DNA of 42,567 nt, taken from sequence record SRR31156797_1634; one strand, written 5' to 3'. Positions 9,751 through 19,806 of the stretch are shown here, one piece after another. The notes beneath the pieces are model-generated. The model was given only the letters and a program-made list of their open reading frames with translations. It did no database searches and was not told where the DNA came from. Numbering within the stretch: position 1 is the first letter of the stretch; each line of letters begins with the position of its first letter. Both the position numbers and the translations under genes were made by a program.

Positions 9751-10614
9751 ATGAATACGATCAGTAAAACCATACTTCTTTTTTTCCTACTTACCCTTTC
9801 CACCACCTCCTTTGCTCACGCCGAAGACGCTGCCAAAGGGGTAAACTGTCCTCCCGGATGGAGCGACAATCAGGTTGCCCGCGGAGACAACCGGGTCAAA
9901 CAATGTATCTCCCCTTCCCTTGATTCCAGTATTGAGCTTTACATCACCCCCGGGGAAAAAATACCCATGGATAAGCTGCTGCACAACTGGATTACCGCGC
10001 TGAAACAGCAGGGATTCCCGCTGGAAAAACTGGTTAGCAAAAAGAAAGGACATGTATCAGGTGCCCCGGCAATTTTCCGCGAATATGAAGGGAAGGCTGA
10101 CGGCGTGACCTATGAATCGCTGCTGGCTGCCAGCCGTCATAACGGGGTAAATTACATCTTTCAGGGCCGCTACCCCGATTCAGACCGCGAAGCCGAACGG
10201 CTGGTCAGGCACTCCCTGAACACATGGAATTTTTCCGAAGACAGCTCCAAGGAAGATACTCCCTACGACTCCCCGAAAAATTCCGGAACCAGCGGTAGTT
10301 TCAAGAATATTGGAGGTTGCTGGGCTTGGGGACTCTGGAAAGCCCCTTCCGGAGCATCTGTGGTTATCCTCCCGGATGGTCGGGCCATATTTGACGGTCA
10401 GACTCTGAAACACTGGCGTCCCACAGATCAGGAAGACACCATTATCATGGAAATTCCCGGCAAATGGGGTGGCGGAAGTGCCATGTGGACCCATCCCGAA
10501 GGACGCCATGATGTGGTCATTCAGGAAGAATTTCCTGAAGCAAGGCAAATTCTTTTCCGCGATTCATGGGAGTACAGCTACAAGGGTAAGGCTTTCAAAG
10601 CCTGCCATCATTAA
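9751..10614 (+). CDS. Secreted hypothetical protein, apparently two domains
   Basis: GGAG RBS, signal peptide ending AHA-E, Ser/Asp-rich linker and Trp-rich C-terminal part. Confidence 0.7.
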   Translation: MNTISKTILLFFLLTLSTTSFAHAEDAAKGVNCPPGWSDNQVARGDNRVKQCISPSLDSSIELYITPGEKIPMDKLLHNWITALKQQGFPLEKLVSKKKGHVSGAPAIFREYEGKADGVTYESLLAASRHNGVNYIFQGRYPDSDREAERLVRHSLNTWNFSEDSSKEDTPYDSPKNSGTSGSFKNIGGCWAWGLWKAPSGASVVILPDGRAIFDGQTLKHWRPTDQEDTIIMEIPGKWGGGSAMWTHPEGRHDVVIQEEFPEARQILFRDSWEYSYKGKAFKACHH

Positions 10615-10693
10615 TAGGAAAGTTGCTACCCACTCTTCAGCCATGGTACATGTTTCAATAGCGGAGACCAATTCCTGTAAAAGAGGAGGGCTT

Positions 10694-12637
10694 ATGCACG
10701 GCTGGGCAGGATGGATTTTACGGGTTGATCTGAGCAGTGGAAAAATCAACAGAATCCCCCTTGAACCTGACATTGCGCGTAAATTCATCGGCGGACGGGG
10801 ATTGAATTCACTAACCTTATTTAATGAAATCAACCCGCACATCGATCCTCTTTCCCCTGAGAATGTATATTGCTTCGGAGCTGGTCCCCTATCCGGAACA
10901 CCTTTGGGACTGACCAGCCGAGTGGAAATCAGCACCCTTTCCCCGTATTCCGGCATACTTGGTGACGGCAATGCCGGCGGTTCTCTTGCATTCATGATGA
11001 AACGGGCCGGATTGGACCAGATTATTATCAGCGGACAGGCCGACACTCCCTGCTACCTGCTGGTGGAAGACGGACGGGCTGAACTGCGTGATGCTGAGGA
11101 ATTATGGGGACTCTCGGTCTGGGAAGCCACTGACAAATTGCAGGAAAAGCACGGTAAATCAGCCAGCGTGGCCTGCATCGGTCAGGCCGGAGAAAATCTG
11201 GTCCGGGTGGCGACCACCATGGTAGAGAAATACGCTTCCGCCGCCCGAGGTTCAGGGGCGGTGCTCGGTTCCAAAAGACTCAAGGCCGTTGTGGTCAAAG
11301 GCAGCGGGCGGGTCTCGCTGGCAGACCCTGATAGATTCAAAAAACTTGCAAGCGAAGACCGTAAATTTTTCAAAGAATCCGATTTCCAGCGCGAAGTAGT
11401 GGGACAGTATGGAACACACATCGGAATGATGATGTGGGAACCGGGCTTCCGCAATTACGAAAAGTACTGGGACGGTAAGGATGTACCGGACAAGCTGCGT
11501 CCCGAAGCATGGAAAAAGTTCTCGCTGGGAAGACATGGCTGCCACGGCTGCCATGTGCGTTGCAAAGATTATTACCGCATCCCCTCCGGATCCCGTGCCG
11601 GGGAAACCGGTAAGGCCATGGAATATGAATGTATCTTCTGCCTCGGCACCAATTGCGGCATCACCGATCCGATAGCAATCATGGAGATGGAAAACATCTG
11701 CGATGCTTACGGAATGGATGTGCTGGCCCTCGGGAACACCGTGGCTATGCTCAAGGATTTATACAGCCGGGGATTGATTGATGATAAATTTACCGATGAA
11801 CTTGACCTGAGCTGGGAAAACCACACCGACCAGATCGAACTGCTGCACCGCACTGCCATGCGCCAAGGGCTGGGTAATCTCGTAGCGGAAGGTATGTACA
11901 CCCTCGCCAAGCGGCTTGGCGGTCAGGCCATGGATTATTGCTACCACGTCAAAGGACTCTCGCGCGGCCCTTACCCTAGTGGGGTTTTCTCGCTTTCCCA
12001 CGCAACCTCAACCCGTGGTGCCGACCACTTGCGCGGACGTTCATGGGCCTTCAGTCAGCCGGACCCGGACATGTTTCCAATCCTTAAAGAACAAGGACTG
12101 CTGCTGGAAAATGTAGATAAAGATCCGGCCCCGGCAGTCATTATCGGCGAACGCATGACCACTCTGACCGACTGCATAGGACGCTGCAAAGGGGCGGTCA
12201 ACAATTGGATCAGTGCCATGCCTCTGGTCTGGAAGAAACCCATTTTCGAAGGATTGGCCGAGCTGCTCAGCGCAGCCACCGGATTCAATTACAGCACCGA
12301 AAAACTAGAGCAGGCGGCTGATCGTGTTTACGCGCTGGAACATGCTTTCAACATCCGACAGGGAACCTCCCGCAAGGACGACCGTATGCCTCAGAAACCG
12401 GAAATCCGCGACACAGAAAAAGGAAAGGCCGACCTGCGCCAGCACGAACAGCACTTAAGCCGCTACTACAAGCTACGCGGCTATGACCAGCAAGGTCGTC
12501 CCACCCCTGAACGGCTCAAGAAGCTGGAACTGGAATTTGTATCCCAAGTTCTAGCAGAGAGTCCGGCCCGCAAAGAATGGGACGGACCGCCCATGTGGAA
12601 ACTGGAAAACTATCCCCATGGGGGAAAGCGTTGCTAA
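10694..12637 (+). CDS. aor: Aldehyde:ferredoxin oxidoreductase family protein (W/Mo-pterin)
   Basis: ATG 10694 follows GAGGAGG. Motifs: GWAGWILRVDLS, FIGGRG, CIGQAGENLV, GSKRLKAV, CHGCHVRC, EYE, DAYGMD, RGADH. Confidence 0.88.
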   Translation: MHGWAGWILRVDLSSGKINRIPLEPDIARKFIGGRGLNSLTLFNEINPHIDPLSPENVYCFGAGPLSGTPLGLTSRVEISTLSPYSGILGDGNAGGSLAFMMKRAGLDQIIISGQADTPCYLLVEDGRAELRDAEELWGLSVWEATDKLQEKHGKSASVACIGQAGENLVRVATTMVEKYASAARGSGAVLGSKRLKAVVVKGSGRVSLADPDRFKKLASEDRKFFKESDFQREVVGQYGTHIGMMMWEPGFRNYEKYWDGKDVPDKLRPEAWKKFSLGRHGCHGCHVRCKDYYRIPSGSRAGETGKAMEYECIFCLGTNCGITDPIAIMEMENICDAYGMDVLALGNTVAMLKDLYSRGLIDDKFTDELDLSWENHTDQIELLHRTAMRQGLGNLVAEGMYTLAKRLGGQAMDYCYHVKGLSRGPYPSGVFSLSHATSTRGADHLRGRSWAFSQPDPDMFPILKEQGLLLENVDKDPAPAVIIGERMTTLTDCIGRCKGAVNNWISAMPLVWKKPIFEGLAELLSAATGFNYSTEKLEQAADRVYALEHAFNIRQGTSRKDDRMPQKPEIRDTEKGKADLRQHEQHLSRYYKLRGYDQQGRPTPERLKKLELEFVSQVLAESPARKEWDGPPMWKLENYPHGGKRC

Positions 12638-14334
12638 TCAGTCCATAGTCCGGTGAAACCAAATGCCTCCACATCCACTAATCCCCGGTCAGTAAGTTTC
12701 AGGCTGGGGATTACCGGGAGGGCTAAGAAAGAAATGAGCATGAAAGAATTATAGGAACAACCAAGTTTCCCAGTAGCCCGGTCCAGTTCGCGTACCCCGT
12801 CAGCCACATCTGCAAGCCCTTTGTCACTCATGAGTCCGGCCACAGGCAAAGGCAAGGTAGCAAGAACACTACCTTCACGGACAACTGCAAACCCGCCCCC
12901 CATGCGTACGACTTCCCGTGCGGCCATAACCATGTCCGCATCATTCATCCCGGCAACAATCAGGTTGTGGGAATCATGGGCCACTGTTCCGGCAATAGCT
13001 CCGTGAGCAAGCCCCAGCCCGCTCACAAATCCGGTGGCGCGGTTGCCTGTAGCCCGATGCCGTTCGATGACCGTAAGCTTGCAGATATCCCGTGCGGGGT
13101 CGGCAATGGGAATGCCTCCCTCAAGCAGCGGTTCCACTACCAGATTTTCTGTCAGCAATTGCCCGTGGGAAGTGCCGATAACCCGGATTTTCCCGCTGCC
13201 CTTTTCCGGTGCAAACATGGATTCATCAATTTCTGACCCCACATGCATGGAACTGCGCACAGGCAATCCATTGCCGGATTCAAAGCTATATTCATCCAAA
13301 GGCACGCCATCCAGAAAAACTTCATGGATAGCAAAATCCTTAAGGTCATCCACCAAAAAGCAATTGGCTCGAAAACCCGGACCAATTGCCCCATAACCGT
13401 TTAAACCGAAGTAGCGGGCCGGATTGATGGAAACCATCTGCACTGCCCTAAGCGGGTCCATACCCAAAGCAACGGCTCGGCGTAAACCGTAATCAAGATG
13501 CCCGTTCTCGCACAGGTCCAGCACGTTGCGGTCGTCAGTAACGATGGAAATATTCTGGGAATTGAAATCATTGACCACGCCGAGCAGGTCTTCCATGTTC
13601 CGCTCAAGAGAACCTTCACGCATCATCAGGTGCATGCCCGCGCGCAGCTTCTCCATTGCTTCTGTAGTATTGGAACATTCGTGATCGCTACGCGGTCCGG
13701 CAAGCACATAGCCGTTCAAGTCCATGCCTGAAAGAAGCGGGGCATGACCGTCAATAATCTTGCCCGCGGCAGCCTTAAGCTTAAAAAGAACCGACTCATC
13801 TCCGGCAAGTACTCCGGGAAAATTCATCATCTCAGCCAGCCCCAGAATCCTGTCTGGATAAAGGCGCAGAAAATGCTCCACATCAATGGAGCTGAGCCGT
13901 GCGCCGGAATCCTCCAAAGCAGTAGCAGGAACGCAGGAGGGAAACATGAAAAATATGGACACAGGCAGGTCGCGGGAGCTCTTAAGCATATATTCCACTC
14001 CCACCCGGCCCAAGACATTAGCAATTTCATGGGGATCGCAAACCACAGCAGCCGTGCCGTGTTCAGCCACTGCCCGGGCAAAACGGGGCGGGGTCAGCAA
14101 AGTAGATTCAATATGAATATGCCCTTCCACCAACCCCGGAAGCAGGAACCGTCCATTGGCATCATACTCGCGTTTGCCCTCATAAGCACCGAACCCCAAA
14201 AACAAACCTTCAGCAATACCTACATCCGCTTGATGAATTTCCCCGCTGAGAACATTGAGCACCCGGCAATTACGAATAACCAGATCAACTTTTCCTGATC
14301 CACGGGCCAAATCAATCATTCGGGCCAGCTGCAT
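12634..14334 (-). CDS. ade: Adenine deaminase
   Basis: PGLVEGHIHIES, DPHEIANV, LAEMMNFPGV, DGHAP, SDHEC, VTDD and AHDSHN motifs. ATG 14334 follows GGAGGGGG. Confidence 0.92.
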   Translation of the reverse strand: MQLARMIDLARGSGKVDLVIRNCRVLNVLSGEIHQADVGIAEGLFLGFGAYEGKREYDANGRFLLPGLVEGHIHIESTLLTPPRFARAVAEHGTAAVVCDPHEIANVLGRVGVEYMLKSSRDLPVSIFFMFPSCVPATALEDSGARLSSIDVEHFLRLYPDRILGLAEMMNFPGVLAGDESVLFKLKAAAGKIIDGHAPLLSGMDLNGYVLAGPRSDHECSNTTEAMEKLRAGMHLMMREGSLERNMEDLLGVVNDFNSQNISIVTDDRNVLDLCENGHLDYGLRRAVALGMDPLRAVQMVSINPARYFGLNGYGAIGPGFRANCFLVDDLKDFAIHEVFLDGVPLDEYSFESGNGLPVRSSMHVGSEIDESMFAPEKGSGKIRVIGTSHGQLLTENLVVEPLLEGGIPIADPARDICKLTVIERHRATGNRATGFVSGLGLAHGAIAGTVAHDSHNLIVAGMNDADMVMAAREVVRMGGGFAVVREGSVLATLPLPVAGLMSDKGLADVADGVRELDRATGKLGCSYNSFMLISFLALPVIPSLKLTDRGLVDVEAFGFTGLWTD

Positions 14335-14379
14335 ACCCCCTCCGGCGTTAAAATAGATCAAAATGATCACTTCACTTTG

Positions 14380-14409
14380 ATTTTAACACCTTTCTGCCGA
14401 GTATGACAG
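14380..14409 (-). promoter_or_regulatory. Possible sigma70-type promoter for ade
   Basis: Minus strand reads CTGTCA-N18-TAAAAT with a TG extension, within the fliD-ade gap. Confidence 0.3.
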
Positions 14410-14430
14410 CTTTGCCAAGTGTAAGTCAGG

Positions 14431-16173
14431 TTACTTTTTAGCTCCACTGCCCAGCTTGGCAATCTGCCCCTGCAGCATTTTCAGCTTTCCGCCATAGTTG
14501 GACAGCACAGCATCAAGACGGGCATATTTTGCTTTAAGGGTTTTCTCCAGATTTTCCAGACGGGTCTTCTCATAATCAAGTTTCTTATCAATATTCTTAA
14601 TAATTCCGCTGTAATTTTCGCTGATGATGTTCAGGATACCTGTCTTGGAGTTGGTCATATCCTTCAGGGTCTCAATCATTTCAATTGTTTTCCCGGTCTT
14701 GATGCCAGCGGTGCCTGAATATGTACCATCACTCTTGTTATCCACCCGAATAGCCATACCTAACCCGGACATATCATCGGCAGTAATTTCCCATCCGGAA
14801 ATCCGCGCAGCTTTGCCATTGATAGTAGCAGAAGTTATTTTACCGCCGCTGACGGTATATGAAACTTCGTGACTTCCGGGCTTAGTGACCCCTTTGACTA
14901 AAGACTTAATCGTAAAATTCGGAGAACTGGTGCTGGCTTCATAATCAGCGGAAAAGAGCTTGGCCACCCCGTCCGGATTATCTTTCATGGCTTTTTCAAA
15001 TTTTTCATCATCAATCTTCAACAATCCAAAATTGGGTGAACTCTGGTCTGTCTCTGTTTCAATGCCAAGGGTACTCAATGTGTTGTATTTGTCTCCGGTT
15101 CCGGTTTTGCCATTATAATTATTAAACCCCTGTCCCTTTGTGGCGGTAATATCCTTAAAACGATGAGAAGCCAGTTGAACTCCATAATTCCCGGTAAGAA
15201 TAGAGCCTTTATCCTTGTCTTTTGTTGTATCAACCTTGGAAATATCACGCAGAGCCTGGCGCACCACATTCACCTGCTTAACAAATTCGCGCACGTTTTC
15301 AATAATCTTCTCGGTATCGGTATTTACGTTGATTATGACCGAGTCCGGGGAAGTGGTTTTTTTCAGATTAAGGGTCAGGCCCTTGGAACCGTCGGTAACT
15401 GTGTTGGTATCACGTTCAATCCAATTAGCGGCCCCTTCAGGAAATCCATCAATCTTAATTTTAGAATTCTGACCTTGCTGCAGATTGGTCATAGACGCTG
15501 GCGTAAGGGCACCAAGAGTGGTGGCACTATTGAAAGTGATGCGGTTAGCCTCCCCCATTTTCAAGCTGCTGAATTTGAGACGAAACTCACTCCCGGTCTT
15601 AATAGCTTCCACCTGCACCAAGCCCTGCAACTCCGTAGTGGCATTAAGCATCTTAACCAGCCCCTGAACGGTTGTTCCTCCCGGAACATCAATATTTGCA
15701 GTCTTGCCCCCGCAACTGAGGCTGATCTTGCTGGCCGTGGGAGAAATGACATCCTTTTCCGATGCAAACCCGGAGCTGGAAGTCCAGATATCATTACGGG
15801 CAAGTTGCTTGATCTCAACTTTGTAAGGCGAAGTGGGCGCTGTGCTGTCTGCTGTGGCAGTTACACATGATGAATCTGAAGAAGAAGTAACCCGGCCCAT
15901 AAATTTACCGATGGAATCCATCTTTTTAAGCGAGGAACTCAACTCGGTCATCTTAGTGTTGAGATCCTTGAGACTTTCCTGTTTCTTAACCCACTGAGAT
16001 TTCCAATTCTCCAGCCTGCGTTGGTGGAAGCCCTGTTGCTTGATGGTATTTTTTACAATCTCCCCAAAATCAGTCCCGTTACCCAGCTTTTCGAACTTGG
16101 TTTTCCCGGACCAGTAACTGGAGGTTGTCCCGGCGGTGGAGACCTGTGCCCCTACTTTTCCTACATCTGCCAT
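14431..16173 (-). CDS. fliD: Flagellar filament cap protein
   Basis: LGNGTDF N-terminal motif, VEIKQLA, and C-terminal coiled coil ...LKAKYARLDAVLS. Confidence 0.9.
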   Translation of the reverse strand: MADVGKVGAQVSTAGTTSSYWSGKTKFEKLGNGTDFGEIVKNTIKQQGFHQRRLENWKSQWVKKQESLKDLNTKMTELSSSLKKMDSIGKFMGRVTSSSDSSCVTATADSTAPTSPYKVEIKQLARNDIWTSSSGFASEKDVISPTASKISLSCGGKTANIDVPGGTTVQGLVKMLNATTELQGLVQVEAIKTGSEFRLKFSSLKMGEANRITFNSATTLGALTPASMTNLQQGQNSKIKIDGFPEGAANWIERDTNTVTDGSKGLTLNLKKTTSPDSVIINVNTDTEKIIENVREFVKQVNVVRQALRDISKVDTTKDKDKGSILTGNYGVQLASHRFKDITATKGQGFNNYNGKTGTGDKYNTLSTLGIETETDQSSPNFGLLKIDDEKFEKAMKDNPDGVAKLFSADYEASTSSPNFTIKSLVKGVTKPGSHEVSYTVSGGKITSATINGKAARISGWEITADDMSGLGMAIRVDNKSDGTYSGTAGIKTGKTIEMIETLKDMTNSKTGILNIISENYSGIIKNIDKKLDYEKTRLENLEKTLKAKYARLDAVLSNYGGKLKMLQGQIAKLGSGAKK

Positions 16174-16185
16174 GGCCTTTCTCCC

Positions 16186-17679
16186 TTACATATAATTGAG
16201 GATGGACATTTCATTAATCATCCGCGAACTGCGGGCCACGACCTCATAGATAAGCTTACTCTGCTTTAACTCACTGAGCAGTTCCCCAAGATCGGCATCT
16301 TCCAGCCTGCTAAGAAGAGTTGTGTTGTTGTCCTTACGGATATCTGCCAGTTTTTCGGCACTGGCCGCCCGGTTCATGCGCGCGCCTATTTCTGCGGCTT
16401 TCATTTCCACATGCTCATGGACTTTTTTCAATTCGGCCACGCATTCACCGATGCCATTCTTGTCATTTGTCTCAACGTAACCGATCAGCTTACCCAATGT
16501 TTCAAAGAGGTTGCTGTTCTTGTCGTCTGGAGAAGGAGTCGGGTTTGAAGCTCCGGGCTTGGTATAAATCCCGCCAAAAATTTCCTTGCCCACATTGTTG
16601 ACCCGTATGGAACGGCTCTGGGAGATATCAAGACGCAAGTCTGCAGTATTGGGGCGAATAACAAACTGGTCGCCCTTGTTGAAGGTAGTGCCTGCACCGG
16701 GAGAGAGAGTCAGACTGCCGCCGGGAACTTCAAGGCGGGTATCTGCGGAAACATTGGAATGAACCCAGCTGGCCCCATTATCAAGACTGTAGGAATAGGT
16801 GATGGGCGGAGTGTTTACGTCCCCGTTTTTATCGATTTGAACCAACACATCTGAATGAAATTTACCATCAGCCCCAGTATTGACTTGGGTATTCCCATAC
16901 TTGATGACATTTAGATCATCGTTATCATCCCCGTGATACTGAAGAGCTGGACGGACGATCAGCCGACTCCCGGTTCCCTTGTCCGTAAATTCAGTGACTG
17001 CGGTCCCGTTCTTCAGTTCCACTGTAGCCGGACCAAGATCAAGTTCAGTATCTCCGGGATTCAAAGTGCCGGTTTTCCATGTCTTGCCGCCGTCGGAACT
17101 ATATTTATAGTTGATGGTATCGGTGCCCACGGTTCCGCCGGAAGTGAAACGGACATCCACCGAACTATCCGAAGCACCTTTCACAGCAACAACAGATCCC
17201 GCAGGCAGGTTCGGATCGGTTGTTGTGGCATGCAGGGTTTGCTCGTAAGCGTTGGTCTCCAACTTATGTCCGGCAAAAATGGATTTGCCCCCGAACTCGG
17301 TATTGGACTTATTGAGCAGATTGCCCAGAATCCCGCGCAAATTCTGGCCGATGGAACGACGCTGTTCAGCGGTCAGAGTTCCGGTAGCAGCCTGTTCAGC
17401 TAAAGTCTTGATACGTCCGATATCAGTACTGGTCTGCTGCAGCACTCCGTCAGCCAGACTCAGCCAGCTGGAGGCGGTCTTGATGTTCTTAATGTACTGC
17501 TTGGTCTCCAACCCGAAGGAACGGCAATTGATAATTCCACCCATGGCCGCCGGATCATCAGAAGGGACCAGCACCCTCTTCTGCGCGGAGTTACGCATCT
17601 GCGCCTCAGCCATGCGACTCATGGATGAGTTCAAGTTATAAAGCGACATGTTGAAAATCTGATTAGTAGAAATCCTCAT
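16186..17679 (-). CDS. flgL: Flagellar hook-associated protein 3
   Basis: MRIST start, PSDDP, IFAGHK and IGARMNR...LEDADL; position directly after flgK. Confidence 0.9.
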   Translation of the reverse strand: MRISTNQIFNMSLYNLNSSMSRMAEAQMRNSAQKRVLVPSDDPAAMGGIINCRSFGLETKQYIKNIKTASSWLSLADGVLQQTSTDIGRIKTLAEQAATGTLTAEQRRSIGQNLRGILGNLLNKSNTEFGGKSIFAGHKLETNAYEQTLHATTTDPNLPAGSVVAVKGASDSSVDVRFTSGGTVGTDTINYKYSSDGGKTWKTGTLNPGDTELDLGPATVELKNGTAVTEFTDKGTGSRLIVRPALQYHGDDNDDLNVIKYGNTQVNTGADGKFHSDVLVQIDKNGDVNTPPITYSYSLDNGASWVHSNVSADTRLEVPGGSLTLSPGAGTTFNKGDQFVIRPNTADLRLDISQSRSIRVNNVGKEIFGGIYTKPGASNPTPSPDDKNSNLFETLGKLIGYVETNDKNGIGECVAELKKVHEHVEMKAAEIGARMNRAASAEKLADIRKDNNTTLLSRLEDADLGELLSELKQSKLIYEVVARSSRMINEMSILNYM

Positions 17680-17688
17680 CTCAGCCTC

Positions 17689-19773
17689 CTACTTAAGCGA
17701 AAGCAACGTTTCGAACATTTCGTTGGCAGTTTTAATCAGCTTGGAAGCAGTCTGAAACGAGCGCTGATAGCTGGTGATAATATCCATCTCTTCATCAATA
17801 CTGACCCCGCCCACAGATTCCTGTTTATCCACCAGCCCCTTAAGAACTGTCTGGGATATAGACAGGTTGGCCTTGGCATCAGCCGTGTGCGAACCGACAG
17901 TAGACACAAGGGAGGAATAGAAATCATTGAAGCTGGACTCAGTGGATGTTCCCCCGGCCTTAAAGTTGATGTTCTTCTTTCCGGCAAGAGCAGCCACCGC
18001 CCGCGCGGTGCTATTATCACCCTTGTTAACTTCCCCGGCTCCATTCACATGGGCAGCAGCAACCTTTGATGGATCAGCCTCAATGGATGAATGCACTTTA
18101 ATGGAAGTGGCATCATGCCCTTCAAAGAAAGTATTGAGTCCCAATCCGGCCAACACTCCACTGCTGTCGTTGGAAAACTGGAACCGATTATCACCCAGCC
18201 CTTTGATGGAAAGCTTGCCGTTGGTGATCACGGCCTGAGCTTTTCCGGGGAAACTGGCATTTATGGCGTCACGGACATTTTCAAGGGAATGAACTGCGGG
18301 ATCAAAATTTGTTTTTCCCGGTGCAATGGAGGAGAAATCCACAGCTGAAACTGAAACTTTATTTCCGGTATTGGCATTGTAAAAAGCCATGCTGAAGCTG
18401 CCCGAAGTAAGCTTGTCCGCATAAGGCAGATTGCTCTTGGCAAGGGGGACAGAGCTATCACGCACCTCGTAGGTTCCGATGGTATTGGCATGATTGACCA
18501 GCCCCGCCCCCTGTGAATGGGCGCGGTTAACTTCCCAAGCAATGGATTTAGCGAACGCATTCAACTTATCAATGTAAGAACCGATCTTCTCATCACGAGC
18601 ACGGAGCAGTCCGGCAATAGAACCGCCTTTCAAACGGCGTTCACCATTATTTCCGGCGAGGGGACTTACTGATTCCGAAGTGGAGCTGTTCCGGTACCAG
18701 CGAACTTCTGTCTTCGGAGTCAAGGTGAAACGGTCCCCATCCTTGAGCTGAGTAGTGGCCGCGCTGGCACTGCTGCCCGCTTTACCGAACCAGAGTTTGA
18801 CCCCGCCCACGGTCACGGCATCATTCTGCCCTCCGGCATTGAACAATTTTTCGCTGCCGTCCGGGTTACTGATCCAGGTCTTGCCGCCATCCCGCGAAAC
18901 CTTGAACTGCGCTGCCGGGGCTACGCCGGAGGCATTACCATTGCTGACCACCTGAATGGTCAATTCTTCACCGGACTGGCCGCTGAAATGGACTTCATCC
19001 TTGAAAGGGGAACCAAGAACCAATGAATTACGGACTCCGCCCTGTTCAAACTTCAGTTCAAAAGCTTTATCTCCCTCAACCAGCTTCTGCCCTTCGCCCA
19101 GTGAAACAATGACCTGACCGGAAGGCTCTTCCTGCACACTGATATCCACCAGTGAAGACAGTCCGCGCAGCACCACATCCCTGCGATCCAGCAAAGTATT
19201 GTCCTTGGGATTGGCAATGATCTGTTTATTCAGCTCAGCCAGTTCCTTGATAGCGTCATTGGCCTTGCCAACTTCCTGCTTCAAATGACTGGTGATCAAA
19301 TCCTGCTGGCGGCGCAGGTCTCCCACAACCGAACCCAGCTGGGCGGAAAACTTCTGAGCCGCGCCAACAAGGGCAACCCTGTTCGCACCCAACTGCGGAT
19401 TATTGGCAAGAGATTGCCATGCAGCCCACATGTCGCCCATGGATTTGCTGATTCCGGCGTCTTTGCTTTCCACAAAGAACTTCTCAACCATGGAAAGGTT
19501 ACCGGCCTCAGCATTCCAGCGCGAAAATTCCGGACTTTTGGCCAGCACTCCCTGCTCAAGGAACTGGGACAGATTTCGCCTGATACTATCAACGGACGCC
19601 CCGGTACCGTAAGACCAGCGACCTTCCCTGATCGACATGCTCTCGTCCTGAATAACGGTCCTGCGCCGGTATCCGGGGGTCTTAAGGTTAGCTACGTTGT
19701 TACCGTGAACAGACAAGCCTATCTGGGCGTTCTGCATGGCTCCGCGGCCTATGGAAAATATATTGCCAAGCAT
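17689..19773 (-). CDS. flgK: Flagellar hook-associated protein 1
   Basis: GNNVANLKTPGYRR, LLDRRD, GGSIAGLL and GVSIDEEM...YQRSFQTASKLI. Confidence 0.92.
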   Translation of the reverse strand: MLGNIFSIGRGAMQNAQIGLSVHGNNVANLKTPGYRRRTVIQDESMSIREGRWSYGTGASVDSIRRNLSQFLEQGVLAKSPEFSRWNAEAGNLSMVEKFFVESKDAGISKSMGDMWAAWQSLANNPQLGANRVALVGAAQKFSAQLGSVVGDLRRQQDLITSHLKQEVGKANDAIKELAELNKQIIANPKDNTLLDRRDVVLRGLSSLVDISVQEEPSGQVIVSLGEGQKLVEGDKAFELKFEQGGVRNSLVLGSPFKDEVHFSGQSGEELTIQVVSNGNASGVAPAAQFKVSRDGGKTWISNPDGSEKLFNAGGQNDAVTVGGVKLWFGKAGSSASAATTQLKDGDRFTLTPKTEVRWYRNSSTSESVSPLAGNNGERRLKGGSIAGLLRARDEKIGSYIDKLNAFAKSIAWEVNRAHSQGAGLVNHANTIGTYEVRDSSVPLAKSNLPYADKLTSGSFSMAFYNANTGNKVSVSAVDFSSIAPGKTNFDPAVHSLENVRDAINASFPGKAQAVITNGKLSIKGLGDNRFQFSNDSSGVLAGLGLNTFFEGHDATSIKVHSSIEADPSKVAAAHVNGAGEVNKGDNSTARAVAALAGKKNINFKAGGTSTESSFNDFYSSLVSTVGSHTADAKANLSISQTVLKGLVDKQESVGGVSIDEEMDIITSYQRSFQTASKLIKTANEMFETLLSLK

Positions 19774-19806
19774 GGTGTGCTCCTGTGCCTACGGCAATTA
19801 AATTAA

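Noticed and set aside
10469-10693. N-terminal extension of aor in the ORF track
   Set aside because: It overlaps the upstream gene. ATG 10694 has a strong RBS and the typical AOR N-terminus.
14335-14430. ade as a functional member of the flagellar cassette
   Set aside because: No terminator is obvious, but a plausible separate promoter lies in the gap and no functional link is evident.
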